A stretch of DNA of 64,000 nt from Chloropicon primus. Taxonomy: Eukaryota. Below are positions 11,319 to 22,337 of this stretch, in pieces. Within the stretch, counting starts at the first letter, position 1, and each line of letters opens with the position of its first letter. The notes beneath the pieces were generated by a model. It was not told where the DNA came from, did no database searches, and worked only from the letters and a program-made list of their open reading frames with translations. A program made the position numbers and the translations under genes. The stretch is from positions 248,001-312,000 of the forward strand of contig CP060767.1 of assembly GCA_023205875.1 (NCBI GenBank), in the 5' to 3' direction.

Positions 11319-12773
11319 TCATCCCTTCAACACAACGTTGTTGATCTCTCTGGCGGCCCTTACTCCCGACCTCATCGCCCCCTCCAGCGTCGCTCCCCCC
11401 AAGTAGTCCCCGCACGCCCACACCTCCCCCTTGGCCACCTCCACCACCCCCCCACCCCCCAAGTCCATCCTCCTCCCCCCCAGTCCACCCTGCCTCGGCT
11501 GGGCGTAGGGGATCCGGTACCCCCGCAGCAGCCTCCAGGACCCGACAAAGTCCTCCCCGAACCACTCGGCGAGCTCCCCCCTCACCCTCCTCCCCAGCTC
11601 CTCGTCGCCCTCCTCCCAGTCTCCGACGAGGCTCACGCTGACCAGGGTCCTCCCCTCCGGGGCGTACGAGGGGCTCACGCACGAGGGGAAGCAGCAGTTG
11701 TTCACCACTCCCCCGTCCCCGCCGTTCAGGTACAGCATGGGCTCCCCGAACCCCCGGGGCGGGCTCCGGTCCGTCCAAAAGTACAGGCACACCGTCCCCA
11801 CGCCCCCCTCCTCCAGCGTCACCCTCGTCGCCATCTCCTCCCCCATCACCCTGATCCTCCTGGCCGCGGGGGCCTCCGTGGCCAGGACCACCCTCTTGCC
11901 CCGGAGCACGTCCCCGCCCTCGCACACCACCTCCAAGCAGCCTCCATCTCCCTCTCCCCTCCTGACCTCCGTCACCCTCCTGCCCAGGTGCACCCTCCCC
12001 TCGCCGAGCCGCCCCGCGAGCTGCCGGCTCACCTCGCCGATCCCCCCCTCCGGCAGGCAGTTTGAACCCGTCGCGAGCATCTTCATCACGAACTCGAAGA
12101 GCCTGGACGTCGTCCCGAGCTCCCTGTCGAAGAAGATCCCGCCCAGGAACGGCCTGAAGAAGGTCTTGATGATCCGGTCGCTGAACCCCACGTCCTCCAA
12201 GTGCCTCGCGATGCTGGTCTCCTCCCCCGCGAAGATGGCCTCCAGGGGCTTGAGGTACGCCTGGAGGCGGTAAAGGCCCACGAGGACCTTGTCCCGGACC
12301 GACCCAATGGGGTTCGCCAGGGAAAGCACGCCGTCCACGGGGTGCCTCAGGGGGTCCGCCACCCTGTGAAACTCCCCGCCGTACCGCACGCTCGCCCCCG
12401 CGTAAAACTCCCGCAGCTTGAGTTCCTCAAAGTCCAGCAACTCCACCGCCTTGGGATACGCCGTCAGGAAGATCTGAAACCCCCTGTCCAAGGTGTACCC
12501 ATCCACGTAGTCCGTCCTCACCCTCCCGCCCACCTCGTCCTGGGCCTCCACCAGGGCGTACTCCACCCCTTCCCTCTCCAGCTCCACCGCGCACGCCAAC
12601 CCCGAGATGCCTCCGCCCACGATCACCACGTCCGTGTCCACAGCAGCTGAACCGGATCGAGCCACAACCAACGACAACGAACGAGGCCTTTGACGCCCAC
12701 TGCCCATGCCTCCTCTCGATGCCCTCCAACCACTCCCATGCCTCGTAGGCATCCCACGCCTCGTAGGTCTCAT
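11319..12773 (-). CDS. FAD-dependent amine oxidase / protoporphyrinogen-oxidase-like oxidoreductase, likely plastid-targeted, ~484 aa
   Basis: VVIVGGGISGLACA (Rossmann GxGxxG), EAQDEVGGRVRTD, LDRGFQIFLTAYP, CGDYLGGATLEGAMRSG. Confidence 0.88.
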   Translation of the reverse strand: MRPTRRGMPTRHGSGWRASRGGMGSGRQRPRSLSLVVARSGSAAVDTDVVIVGGGISGLACAVELEREGVEYALVEAQDEVGGRVRTDYVDGYTLDRGFQIFLTAYPKAVELLDFEELKLREFYAGASVRYGGEFHRVADPLRHPVDGVLSLANPIGSVRDKVLVGLYRLQAYLKPLEAIFAGEETSIARHLEDVGFSDRIIKTFFRPFLGGIFFDRELGTTSRLFEFVMKMLATGSNCLPEGGIGEVSRQLAGRLGEGRVHLGRRVTEVRRGEGDGGCLEVVCEGGDVLRGKRVVLATEAPAARRIRVMGEEMATRVTLEEGGVGTVCLYFWTDRSPPRGFGEPMLYLNGGDGGVVNNCCFPSCVSPSYAPEGRTLVSVSLVGDWEEGDEELGRRVRGELAEWFGEDFVGSWRLLRGYRIPYAQPRQGGLGGRRMDLGGGGVVEVAKGEVWACGDYLGGATLEGAMRSGVRAAREINNVVLKG

Positions 12774-13523
12774 CACCGTCGCGCGTTCGAAGGATCAGCA
12801 AGGTTGCGACCCACCAATGGAAAGATCGTGAGACGAAGACCAATCTCAGCACCCTCACTCGCTCCACTTCCCTCCGAGACGCTCGCCAGGCAAGCAACAA
12901 GTCTCACCTCTCTCCTCCTCCTCCTCCTCCTCCTCCTCCTCGCTGGATGGATGGACGGATCTGCCTCGTTCCTGGGCCGATCCCTTCGAGCGAGGGCTCT
13001 TTCGAAAGAAGAAGACGTAACGCTTCGGATTGTCTTGTCCTCCAACTCCCGCTTGCTCCCTCTTCCTCTCCTTCTCTCTCCTTCCCTCTCTCTCTCTCTC
13101 CTTCTGGCGAGCGCTGTCAGCCACAAACTGGAGGAGACAGGCGACCTGACGGAGGGACGAACTCCTGGGCGATTGACGGAGGGGGCGAGAGGTCGGAGGC
13201 GGCGGGGAGAGCGTTACGATCGGAAGCGTCACCTCCTCCTCTTTCTTTAGAGCTCTCGCTTGGCATCCGTAACGCTCTGCGGAAGATTGTGGAGGACGGG
13301 AAAGAGCTCCGAGACATCGGGCATCGATCGATCGATCGATCGAGAGAGGCGCGACAAGCGACGGGAGAGGGAGAGGAGTTCAGCAGCTAGGCTTCATCTT
13401 CATCTTCGTCTTCGTCTCCATCTCCTCCTCTTTCTTTAGAGATTGGAGGACGGGAAAGAGCTCCGAGACATCGTTCGAGTCCGATCCCAATCCAATCCAA
13501 TCCAATCCATCTCTCACGCTACT

Positions 13524-14573
13524 ATGCAGCAGCAGCGGCTTGTCTGGCTGGACTGCGATCCCGGGCACGACGATGCGATGGCCATCCTGCTTGCCGGGTA
13601 CAGTCCTGACCGCGTGAAGCTCCTGGGGGTCTCCACGGTGCACGGCAACCAAAGCGTCGACAAGGTGACCCTGAACGCCCTGGCGTGCCTCCGGGCCTAC
13701 GGCATGCTCTCCTCCCAGCAGCAGCAGCAGCAACAACAACAGCAACAACGTCATCTGGTCGTCGTCAAGGGCTCGTCCAAGCCGCTGGTCCGGCCGGCGG
13801 TCCACTGCGCGGAGATTCACGGCGAGTCCGGGCTGGACAACCGCGAGGGCCGGCCCCTCTTCCCCCTGGACGACAGGGCTGGCCTCGAGGCCCACCTGGA
13901 CCAAAGCGGAAAGTGCGTGAACGTGATGCACGACCACATCGCGTCGGCCGAGTCGAGGGTGGCCCTCGTGGCCACGGGAGCCCTGACCAACGTGGCTCTC
14001 CTGCTCCTCGTGTACCCGGAGCTCGCCGACCGGATCGACGTCGTCCTTATGGGAGGGGCCTACGGCCTCGGCAACACTGGGCCGGTGGCGGAGTTCAACA
14101 TGCAGATCGACCCGGAGGCCGCCCGCGTGGTCTTCGAGTCCGGGGCCAGCGTCACGATGGTCCCCCTGGAGGTAACGCATACCGCCCTGGCCACCGAGGA
14201 GGTCATCGCGCGGATCAGGAAGGACGGCGCGTGCGAGTTCAGGAACACCCTGTGCGAGCTCCTGTGCTTCTTCAAGGACACGTACAAGGCCTACTTTGGC
14301 TTCGAGGACCCTCCGCTCCACGATCCGTGCGCTTTGGCGTACGTCATCGACCCCGGCCTCTTTGAGACCGAGAAGATTCGGGTGGACGTGGAGACGGGGA
14401 GCTCCCTCTCGGCCGGGCAGACGATCTGCGACAGGCACAACTTGCAGAAGAAGCCCAAGAACGCCACCGTGGCCTACTCCATGCGGGTCCCCGAGTTCTG
14501 GGACATGATCCTCTCGGCGGTCGATAGGGCGGTGGAAGAGGTGGGGACGCGGCCGGCGGCCTCCAAAAGCTAA
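13524..14573 (+). CDS. Inosine/uridine-preferring nucleoside hydrolase, ~349 aa, with a poly-Gln insertion
   Basis: WLDCDPGHDDAMAI (DxDxxxDD), STVHGNQ, IHGESGL, TGALTNVA, AEFNMQIDPEAA, PPLHDPCA. Confidence 0.95.
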   Translation: MQQQRLVWLDCDPGHDDAMAILLAGYSPDRVKLLGVSTVHGNQSVDKVTLNALACLRAYGMLSSQQQQQQQQQQQRHLVVVKGSSKPLVRPAVHCAEIHGESGLDNREGRPLFPLDDRAGLEAHLDQSGKCVNVMHDHIASAESRVALVATGALTNVALLLLVYPELADRIDVVLMGGAYGLGNTGPVAEFNMQIDPEAARVVFESGASVTMVPLEVTHTALATEEVIARIRKDGACEFRNTLCELLCFFKDTYKAYFGFEDPPLHDPCALAYVIDPGLFETEKIRVDVETGSSLSAGQTICDRHNLQKKPKNATVAYSMRVPEFWDMILSAVDRAVEEVGTRPAASKS

Positions 14574-14762
14574 CCCCACAACAATTATTTATTTATTTGG
14601 GTGCCATGAAAAGAAAAAACATCATCAAATCATGATCATCATCATCATCAATGGTGTCTTGTATTTGTATTGAACAAACCAAAACCTTCTTCTTCCTTTT
14701 CTTCTTCTCCTAAATCCTAAATCCTTTCAATCCTTTCTCCTTTCGATCCTTTCAATCCTTAA

Positions 14763-16493
14763 TCAATCTGCCCTAACCCCCTCCTCCTCCTCCTCCTCCT
14801 TTTTCCACGTCGTGTCGAACAACCGGTAGTTGGCCCAACTCCCACCACCCTCGTTCGGAAAAAAACTGAACACGCAGAGCTCCAGCCACTGCGCCTTGTC
14901 CTTGTCCTTGCCCTCCTCGTAATCGTCATAGTACCCCAAAAGCTCGTCCCGCCTCGATGCCACCTTGTCCTTGGCCTCCTTGTCCCTCCTCAGGTCGCGC
15001 GGGGTGACCCCGAAGAGGTCGCTGGCGACCGGGTCGACCAGCTGAGCGTCCAGGACCCCCGTGGAGTCCTCGATCCTGACAACGACGCTGTACGCAAAGG
15101 CCTCCGTCCCGTCCTTCTTCCTCTTCGGCCTGCAAAAGTCCTCCAACTCCTTCGGCCCGTACCCGATGATCCTGGCGAGGACGTGGTACTTGCTGGGCGT
15201 CCTGAGGCCCTCGCTGCACACGATCTCCCTGATGGTCGAGTACCTTTGGCCCGCGTGCCTCGTCCGGGTCAGGGAGTCGTGCACGGACACCCCCCGCTCC
15301 CTGACGTGAACGTGGTCGTCGTTCACCAGGCCGGGGATCCAGGTCGACACCAGGTTCCTCTCCGCCTTCTCCCGGGCGGACCTCACGAGGTCCCCGTCCT
15401 CGTCCTCCGGGGTCCAGCTGGATTCCCTGGTGTACAGGGCCTGGACCTGCCCGTCGACACGGTACGTCCTCAGCTGCCTGAACTGGACCCACGAGCCCTT
15501 GTGCTTGAGGTCGGGGTTGATGTACTTGACGGCATCCCTCAGGGTCTCCGGCACCCGGACCAGGACGATGCTCCCGTACTTGAGCTCGTCCCCCTGGCGG
15601 ACCCTTTCCGCCAGCTTGGCCACTACGGCTGGGTGGTCCTGCGCCAAAATTCTGCCGCCCACCAGGTCGAGCACCTCCGGGTGCGCGTCAATCAGCGCTC
15701 CCTTGTCCTCGTCCCTCGTCTCGTCTCTCGCCAGAACGGGCTTCACGTCCGTGCCGTCCCAGACGCCGAACGTGATCACGCCGAACGCGCCCTCGTCCCG
15801 CAGGAAGACCACCTTGCAGAGAATGTCCACCTTGTGCGACGCGTTCACCTCGTGGAGCCCCTCGAGGGTCCTCGAGTAGTCCTCGGACTTGGGTCCCGCC
15901 GCCGCCACCGCCGTCCCCCCGAGCTGCGCGCCCTGGCCGCGCAGCTCCCTTATCCTCTCCTTGTCCACCTCCACCACCTTGCTGTACGTCTTCACCGACG
16001 ATATCTTGTACGGCTTGAAGTCCTCCTCCTCCGTGAACTGCAACTGCGAGGATCCCCTGTTGCCACGAAAAAGCAGAAAGGAGAACGGGATCGCCTTTCC
16101 ATTGCTTTGGCTCATCCTTCCCACGAGTTGTGGCTTGCCGTTCCACTCCTGGACGGTCACCCTGTGCATCCTAATGATGTCTCCCTTGGACTCCGGGAGA
16201 GGCATCCTGGACTCATCCTTCGAGAAGCAAAGGAGCTCCACGCCCTCGTGGTAATCCATCTCACTCGTCGTCGCATCCGCGACTTTGAGGTTCACCACCT
16301 GGTCCGTTCCCTTGGTCGACCTCACGTTCGAACACTCCAAGATGGTACAGTAAAGGTTCGCCGTCACCGTGTTCTTGTGACCGTGAACGATGGCGTCATA
16401 AGCGTTACGAATCGTCGTGTATTCGTAACTGCCGCCGCTTCTCGTCTCCTTCGGACCCGTCGTCGTCGTGGCCGCCGCCTTGCCCATCATCAT
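14763..16493 (-). CDS. POT1: Protection of telomeres 1 (OB-fold single-strand telomere-binding protein), ~576 aa
   Basis: OB1 features: ANLYCTILE, RSTKGTD, LKVADAT, GDIIRMHRVTVQEWNG. OB2: VWDGTD, GSWVQFRQL. C-terminal OB: KYHVLARI...IEDSTGVLDA...YRLFDT. Confidence 0.85.
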   Translation of the reverse strand: MMMGKAAATTTTGPKETRSGGSYEYTTIRNAYDAIVHGHKNTVTANLYCTILECSNVRSTKGTDQVVNLKVADATTSEMDYHEGVELLCFSKDESRMPLPESKGDIIRMHRVTVQEWNGKPQLVGRMSQSNGKAIPFSFLLFRGNRGSSQLQFTEEEDFKPYKISSVKTYSKVVEVDKERIRELRGQGAQLGGTAVAAAGPKSEDYSRTLEGLHEVNASHKVDILCKVVFLRDEGAFGVITFGVWDGTDVKPVLARDETRDEDKGALIDAHPEVLDLVGGRILAQDHPAVVAKLAERVRQGDELKYGSIVLVRVPETLRDAVKYINPDLKHKGSWVQFRQLRTYRVDGQVQALYTRESSWTPEDEDGDLVRSAREKAERNLVSTWIPGLVNDDHVHVRERGVSVHDSLTRTRHAGQRYSTIREIVCSEGLRTPSKYHVLARIIGYGPKELEDFCRPKRKKDGTEAFAYSVVVRIEDSTGVLDAQLVDPVASDLFGVTPRDLRRDKEAKDKVASRRDELLGYYDDYEEGKDKDKAQWLELCVFSFFPNEGGGSWANYRLFDTTWKKEEEEEEGVRAD

Positions 16494-17091
16494 CTCTCTG
16501 TCTATTGATGGATGATGATGATGATGCTGATGCTGATGACGTGATGATGGTGAAGCTGGTCGTTGGTGGAGTGAATGGTCTCGGAATGCTTCGACCGAGG
16601 GGTCCCACGAAAGAGGACGAGAAGAGGAAGGCGAAGGCGTCGACGGTCTCTCCCTCGGAACAAGGCGTGACCTCCGCTTTTGGCCACGAAAACCAGGCTA
16701 CTGCCGTCAAGAGCTTTTTCCGGGTTTAGGTTTTTAGGTTTTTTTCGCGGGAAAAAAATTCAGAAGATTTTTTTGTTTTTGTTTTTCTGTTTCTGCGAAT
16801 GACATTCGAAAAGCTGGAAAACGCGGCGGGCGAGGAGAGACCAGGAGGAGGAGGATCGAGCCTTCCTTTCTTTCCTTTCCTTTCGATGATGTGTGTCTCC
16901 CTCCCTCTTTCCCTCCTTCTTTCTTTTGCTTCTTCTCTTGTTTCTTCTCTCGGGTAACTCATGCCAGGAGGACGCTCGCTCGCTCTTGGAAAAAGGTTCC
17001 GGTTCCTCACTCACTCACTCAAACTTCATGCCTTTCGTTGCAGGAGGAAGGAGGAGAGCAGAATGAGAGGCCTCGCTCATTCATCCCTATT

Positions 17092-17124
<33 letters not shown>

Positions 17125-18371
17125 TGGATCATGGATGGATCACTCGGACGTTTGGGTGGGCGGCGGCTTCGTTTCACGTAGTTCACACCTAATCCTTTCG
17201 TTACAACCGTTTTCACGACAGCAAGTCCACCTCCTGCCGCGTGAGCAGTCTCCACTTTCCCTCGGGCAACCCCTCGACATCCCCAGGTTTTCCCCTCTTC
17301 TTCCCTTTTCATTTTTTGCTCTCTCTCTCTCTCTAGTCTCAGATTCAGACATGATACTCTAAAAAACCAGAACCCTTCGCCTAGAAGAAAGAAAAAGAAG
17401 AAAGAAGAAAGAAAAGAAGAAAAGAAGTTTCTTCTTGTCCTCGATCTTTCAGGATCTTTCCCTTCCCTTCCTTTCCTCTCCTCGCCCTCTCTCTCTCTCT
17501 CTCTCTCTCCTCTCTCCCTCCTCTCCCTCTCTCTCTCCTCTCCCTCTCCTTCCTTCCCAGCAATCCATGGAAACCCACGGCGGGCCACGTCCTCTCCCTT
17601 CTCTTCCCTGGGATCTTCTTCTTCTAAAATCTGCGATCATTTTTAGTCCAGAATCCTCCTCGTTCAAGTCCGGAACTTGAACTAGAGCGTTACGCCGTCG
17701 TCACCCTCGAGACCGCCGCGTCGTCGTCCTCCGCCTCGGCTGCTTTTGTCCTCCTCACCGTCCTTCGTGGCCTCTCGTCAGTCCCCTCCTTGTCCGTCGT
17801 GGCAGTCGCCAACTTTTTCGCATTTGAACTTTAAAAACTTTTCTGAAACTCGAATCTGTACAATTCCCACGCTAAGAAATTATATTCGCTAACGTTTCCG
17901 AAACTCAAATTTGGAAATTTCCAGCATCTGACTCATACCAAGATCGTTCGCTTTTTGCAAATCCGAATCTTCGAGTGTTACGATTCACGACGTTCGAGAA
18001 ACAGAAAACTCGCCCCAAGTACAACTGACGTCACAAAAGAAACAAACGGCTGTCAAAGAGTAGGTTTCGCACTTCAAGACGTCTCGAGCGTCTTGGATTT
18101 TCGTGGAACGCCTCCGGAAGGAAAGAATTCTTGTTTTCTTCGAGAGACGTTTTCGTGAACTGGCGGATCCCCCCAAAGTCTGCACTTTTTCGTCGACCTC
18201 GAGAGAAGCGCCGCGGCGACAGACGACGGAGCAAGCCCAGCAGCCACAAACCAGCGACGCCCGCCGCGCACGACTGATCACCGCTTGATCGAAGAAGACC
18301 TTGATCCGCGATACCCAGAGAATCATCGTAACCGACGCACTCGTCCGTTACCAACTCCAGACTCCAGTAGG

Positions 18372-18404
<33 letters not shown>

Positions 18405-18474
18405 GAATCGAATCTCGGTTGTGTCTCCATCCAATTTCCAAACAGGTTTTTTTTTTGACTATTACTTCGGCGTC

Positions 18475-20079
18475 ATGGCGACGAAGGCATTCGGAAGTAC
18501 GAGGACGATGCAGAGCATCAGGCGTCAGCCCACGCGCCGCACGGTGAAGGCGAACGTGGCGAGCAGGAAGCCACACGACTCTTCGTCGTCGTCCTCACCA
18601 GCAGCAGCAGCATCGGATGCCACGAAGAAGACTTCGTTGTGGAGCCAGTTGGGTTACAGCAATTTGGAGAACACCATCGGAGGCAACTACGATTACTGCG
18701 ACTTGCCTCCTCCATGGGAGGTCGGGACGGAGACTGCCATCCTGGAATCGTTCGATGACATGATGGGCGTGTTCCAGAGGGATGCGCACGAGCCGGAGTT
18801 CCTTCAGGCGGTGCGCGAGGTCCTGGCCAGCGTTGGTCCATTGCTGGAGAAGGAGCCCGAGAAGATTGCTACGTTCAGGAGGATTCTGGAGCCCGAGAGG
18901 GTGATCATGTTCAGGGTCCCCTGGATTGACGACGAGGGCAAGCAGAGGGTGAACAGGGGGTTCAGGGTTCAGCTGAACTCTGCGCTTGGTCCCTACAAGG
19001 GCGGCTTGAGGTTCCACCCGAGCGTGAACCTGTCCATCCTCAAGTTCCTCGCGTTCGAGCAGGCGTTCAAGAACGCTCTGACCGGGCTTCCCCTCGGCGC
19101 CGGAAAGGGAGGAGCGGACTTCGACCCAAAGGGAAAGTCCGACAACGAGATCATGAGGTTCTGCCAGAGCTACATGACGGAGCTCTGCAGGCACATCGGG
19201 CCCAGGACGGACGTCCCCGCCGGAGACATCGGCGTCGGCGGCCGGGAGATCGGGTACATGTACGGCCAGTACAAGAGGATCGTCGGTAGGTTCGACGCCG
19301 GCGTCCTCACCGGCAAGAGCATGTCCTTCGGGGGCAGCAACATCAGGCCGGAGGCCACCGGGTACGGCTTGGTCTACTTCGTGGACCAGATGGTCACGAG
19401 GTCCGACATCGCCCCAAGCCTCAAGGGCCTGAGGTGCGCCCTTTCCGGATCCGGAAACGTCGCCCTCTTCGCCGCCGAGAAGCTCTTGCACTTCGGGGCT
19501 ATCCCCCAGACCTTCTCCGACTCCAACGGGACCCTGTACTGCGAGAAGGGGTTCACCGAGGAGGACCTCGAGATGCTCACCGAGCTCAAGAACGTGAAGA
19601 GGGGAAGGCTCAGCGAGCTCGCCGACGTCGAGGGCTTCGAGTACTTCCACGGGAGCAAGCCCTGGAGCGTCGCCAGCTTCGATGCCGCCCTCCCTTGCGC
19701 CACCCAGAACGAGGTGGACCTGGAGGACGCCGAGGCCCTGGTGAAGAGCGGCGTCATGGTCGTCGCCGAGGGGGCCAACATGCCTAGCACCCCGGAGGCG
19801 ATCGCCCACTTCGAGGAGAACAACGTCCAGTTCGGGCCAGGAAAGGCCGCGAACGCCGGAGGCGTCGCAGTGAGCGGACTGGAGATGGCCCAGAACTCGA
19901 TGGGAATCCAGTGGTCTCGCGAGGAAGTGGAGGAGAGGCTGAGGCAGATCATGGTCTCGATTTACGACAAGTGCAGCGAGGGTAGCAAGATGGTCGACGG
20001 TGGCAGCCTGCGAATGGGAGCCGACATCATGGGATTTGTGAGAGTCGCCGAGGCCATGGAGCAGCAGGGACTCGTTTAA
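18475..20079 (+). CDS. gdhA: NADP-specific glutamate dehydrogenase with N-terminal transit-like extension, ~534 aa
   Basis: EPEFLQAV, EPERVIMFRVPW, ALGPYKGGLRFHPSVN, GAGKGGADFDPKGKS, DVPAGDIGVGGREIG, RPEATGYG, SGSGNVA, EGANMP, PGKAANAGGVAVSGLEM. Confidence 0.97.
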   Translation: MATKAFGSTRTMQSIRRQPTRRTVKANVASRKPHDSSSSSSPAAAASDATKKTSLWSQLGYSNLENTIGGNYDYCDLPPPWEVGTETAILESFDDMMGVFQRDAHEPEFLQAVREVLASVGPLLEKEPEKIATFRRILEPERVIMFRVPWIDDEGKQRVNRGFRVQLNSALGPYKGGLRFHPSVNLSILKFLAFEQAFKNALTGLPLGAGKGGADFDPKGKSDNEIMRFCQSYMTELCRHIGPRTDVPAGDIGVGGREIGYMYGQYKRIVGRFDAGVLTGKSMSFGGSNIRPEATGYGLVYFVDQMVTRSDIAPSLKGLRCALSGSGNVALFAAEKLLHFGAIPQTFSDSNGTLYCEKGFTEEDLEMLTELKNVKRGRLSELADVEGFEYFHGSKPWSVASFDAALPCATQNEVDLEDAEALVKSGVMVVAEGANMPSTPEAIAHFEENNVQFGPGKAANAGGVAVSGLEMAQNSMGIQWSREEVEERLRQIMVSIYDKCSEGSKMVDGGSLRMGADIMGFVRVAEAMEQQGLV

Positions 20080-20355
20080 GTTTAAGAGAGTTCGAGACTC
20101 TGGCTGTCGCTTCACGCTCACGCATTCAAAGGCGTGCCGCGCACACACAATTCAATTGACACCACCACCACCACCACACCACCACTACTACTACTACTAC
20201 TAAGCTAAAATCACACGTGCGATATTTTGAATGGGTAGCGATTTTCCCCAGTTCCGAGTCCATCACCACCCTCGCCGCATCATTGCGCCTCCTAACAAGT
20301 AACAAAAATAATAACAATAATAAAACAAGTCACAAAACCGTCACCACCATCATCA

Positions 20356-21582
20356 TCACTCCCCCTCCCCCTCCTCCCCCTCCTCCCCTCCCCCCTCTCT
20401 GTTCGCCTCCTCCTTGCTGCTGGCTAACAGCTGCTGCCCAGCCTTTTGGAAGATCCTCAGCCTCCTGACGTTGTTGTCGCTCTCGATTCCGCTGGTCACG
20501 GTCTCGTCCGTGACAATGTGGAGGGTCACGCCGCCCATGGTCATGTCTGGCTTGACCACGACCTCCTTGACCACCGCCTTGGTGGTCTTCTCCCGAATGA
20601 GCCACTTCTGGGACACGAAGACATTCACGAGCTGAGACGCGCCGGGCACGAGCTCGTAGTACGTCCGCTCCTGGTTCGGCTTGATCTCCCAAGAGATCCT
20701 GACCGTGTGCGTTGACCTGTTCCTCACCACAAGCATCCGCTTCTTGGAATGCTGGAGCATCTTCCTCGGGTCGTCCTCTCCATGCCCGGGCGGGCTCCGG
20801 AGGAACTCGATCGTGTCGTGAATGGAAAGGTCCGTCTTGGACTCCACAGCTTTGCTGTGGATGGTGTAAAAGTTGTCCGAAAGCCTGCGAAAGTGCTTGA
20901 GCATGATCACGGACCCCGTGCCACCGCCTTCCCTCACTTCTTTGCAGTAGCTCGAGATTCCGGTGGTGGACTCCGTGCTGCAGTCTATGGCGGCCACGTC
21001 AATCTGGCCCTGCAGGTACAAGCCTGCCTTGACAAAGTGCTTCCGGAGCTCCAGCGCGGATGGTTCCCCTCCCATGTAGAACAGAATCAGAACGTCCCCG
21101 GGAGAGCTCAGGATGGTCAGCTGCAGGGACTCCTCGGTTACCTCGTGCACGCCCTGCAGAGGAAACTTTGGTTGGTACTGTGAGAGCTTCAAACCATCTG
21201 AGAAACTTTTGAAGCAGTGCGGCCCGGTGAGCGACGAGCACTCCACCACTCGCTTCGATCCTACTCCGGTGGAGGCGGCTTCCCCTTGACCAGGTGCCGC
21301 AGGTGCCTTGGCCTGGGACACGATCTTGGTGATTGGCATGCGGACGACGTCCACCCTGGACCTCTTTATCTCCCTCAAGGCACCGCTCTCGCCGGAGGGC
21401 GGCTGCTCCCTCGCTAGCACGCCGTACCTCTCGTGGTGGTTGTGAAGCCCCGGCACAAAGTACACGGTCCCTTCGACCCAAGGCAAGGAGGAAAGGAACA
21501 GGGAGACGCATGCCACCACCACGGCGAGTGTCACACTTCCCCTCCGCTGGCTTTGGCGCGCGTATCCGACTCTCCTTCTCAT
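20356..21582 (-). CDS. Secreted/membrane-anchored protein with a redox-inactive thioredoxin-like fold and a C-terminal VHL beta-domain, ~408 aa
   Basis: N-terminal hydrophobic segment VTLAVVVACVSLFLSSLPWVEG. VHEVTEESLQLTIL...VLILFYMGGEPSALELRKHFVKAG...VAAIDC is a PDI-type Trx fold lacking CxxC. VRNRSTHTVRISW...YYELVPG...KWLIRE is VHL-like. Confidence 0.65.
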   Translation of the reverse strand: MRRRVGYARQSQRRGSVTLAVVVACVSLFLSSLPWVEGTVYFVPGLHNHHERYGVLAREQPPSGESGALREIKRSRVDVVRMPITKIVSQAKAPAAPGQGEAASTGVGSKRVVECSSLTGPHCFKSFSDGLKLSQYQPKFPLQGVHEVTEESLQLTILSSPGDVLILFYMGGEPSALELRKHFVKAGLYLQGQIDVAAIDCSTESTTGISSYCKEVREGGGTGSVIMLKHFRRLSDNFYTIHSKAVESKTDLSIHDTIEFLRSPPGHGEDDPRKMLQHSKKRMLVVRNRSTHTVRISWEIKPNQERTYYELVPGASQLVNVFVSQKWLIREKTTKAVVKEVVVKPDMTMGGVTLHIVTDETVTSGIESDNNVRRLRIFQKAGQQLLASSKEEANREGGGEEGEEGEGE

Positions 21583-22337
21583 CTTTCCACCTGACGCTTT
21601 TGTTGCTGTCGCTCGCTTAAAACACTGTTTGCCGCAAGCTCGTTCACTCAAAGTCGAATTACTCCGCAACAAGTCACAGACAGGCCTCTCTTGCTTGCCC
21701 AAGCACCATGGCCAAGGACCACACCACAAGTCGCAGGCTCGTAGGTGGTGCACACTTTGTCTCCCTCCCCCCTTCCTTTCCCCTCTCTCCGCTCTCTCAG
21801 TTCACGACCAAACCTCGGGCTGCTGGTGTCCTCGAGCTCACAGTCAGTAGGCAAGCTGCCTGCCACCTTTGGCAATCAGTTCCCTCACAACAAAGCTTCC
21901 CCTCTCTGTCTGTCTCCCCTCCCTCCAGTCGGGAATAGTGAGAAGGAACACACACACACACACACACAAGTCGCACAAAGCCAGCTTCACTCCAGCCAAG
22001 CGCTCAGGGTTTATCCGAAGATAAGATAATAGTATAGATAAAGATGCCAAGATGGTGATAAAGGTGGTATCTTTGGAAAGCCCTCACAATCCTCCTTCCA
22101 TGCACAAGCCTCACCCTGCAGTCTACTTCACTCCTCTCCCTCTCCACAAGCAAGAAGGAAGCCTTTGGTTCAGTCCCCTCCTCCCTGGTTTTCTACTTCA
22201 CATTTGAAGTCACAAAGTCAAATCTTCACGAGGGAACGGAGGAGACGGGGAGAGGAGAACGCGGCGGGAAAGGGAGGTCAAGGGCGGGCGGGGAGGGAAC
22301 ACAGCGAGGAAGGGGGGAAGACAGATCGAAGCTACGC

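Noticed and set aside
17640..17700. GTTCAAGTCC resembling a tRNA T-loop/B-box
   Set aside because: No cloverleaf, A-box or acceptor stem around it.
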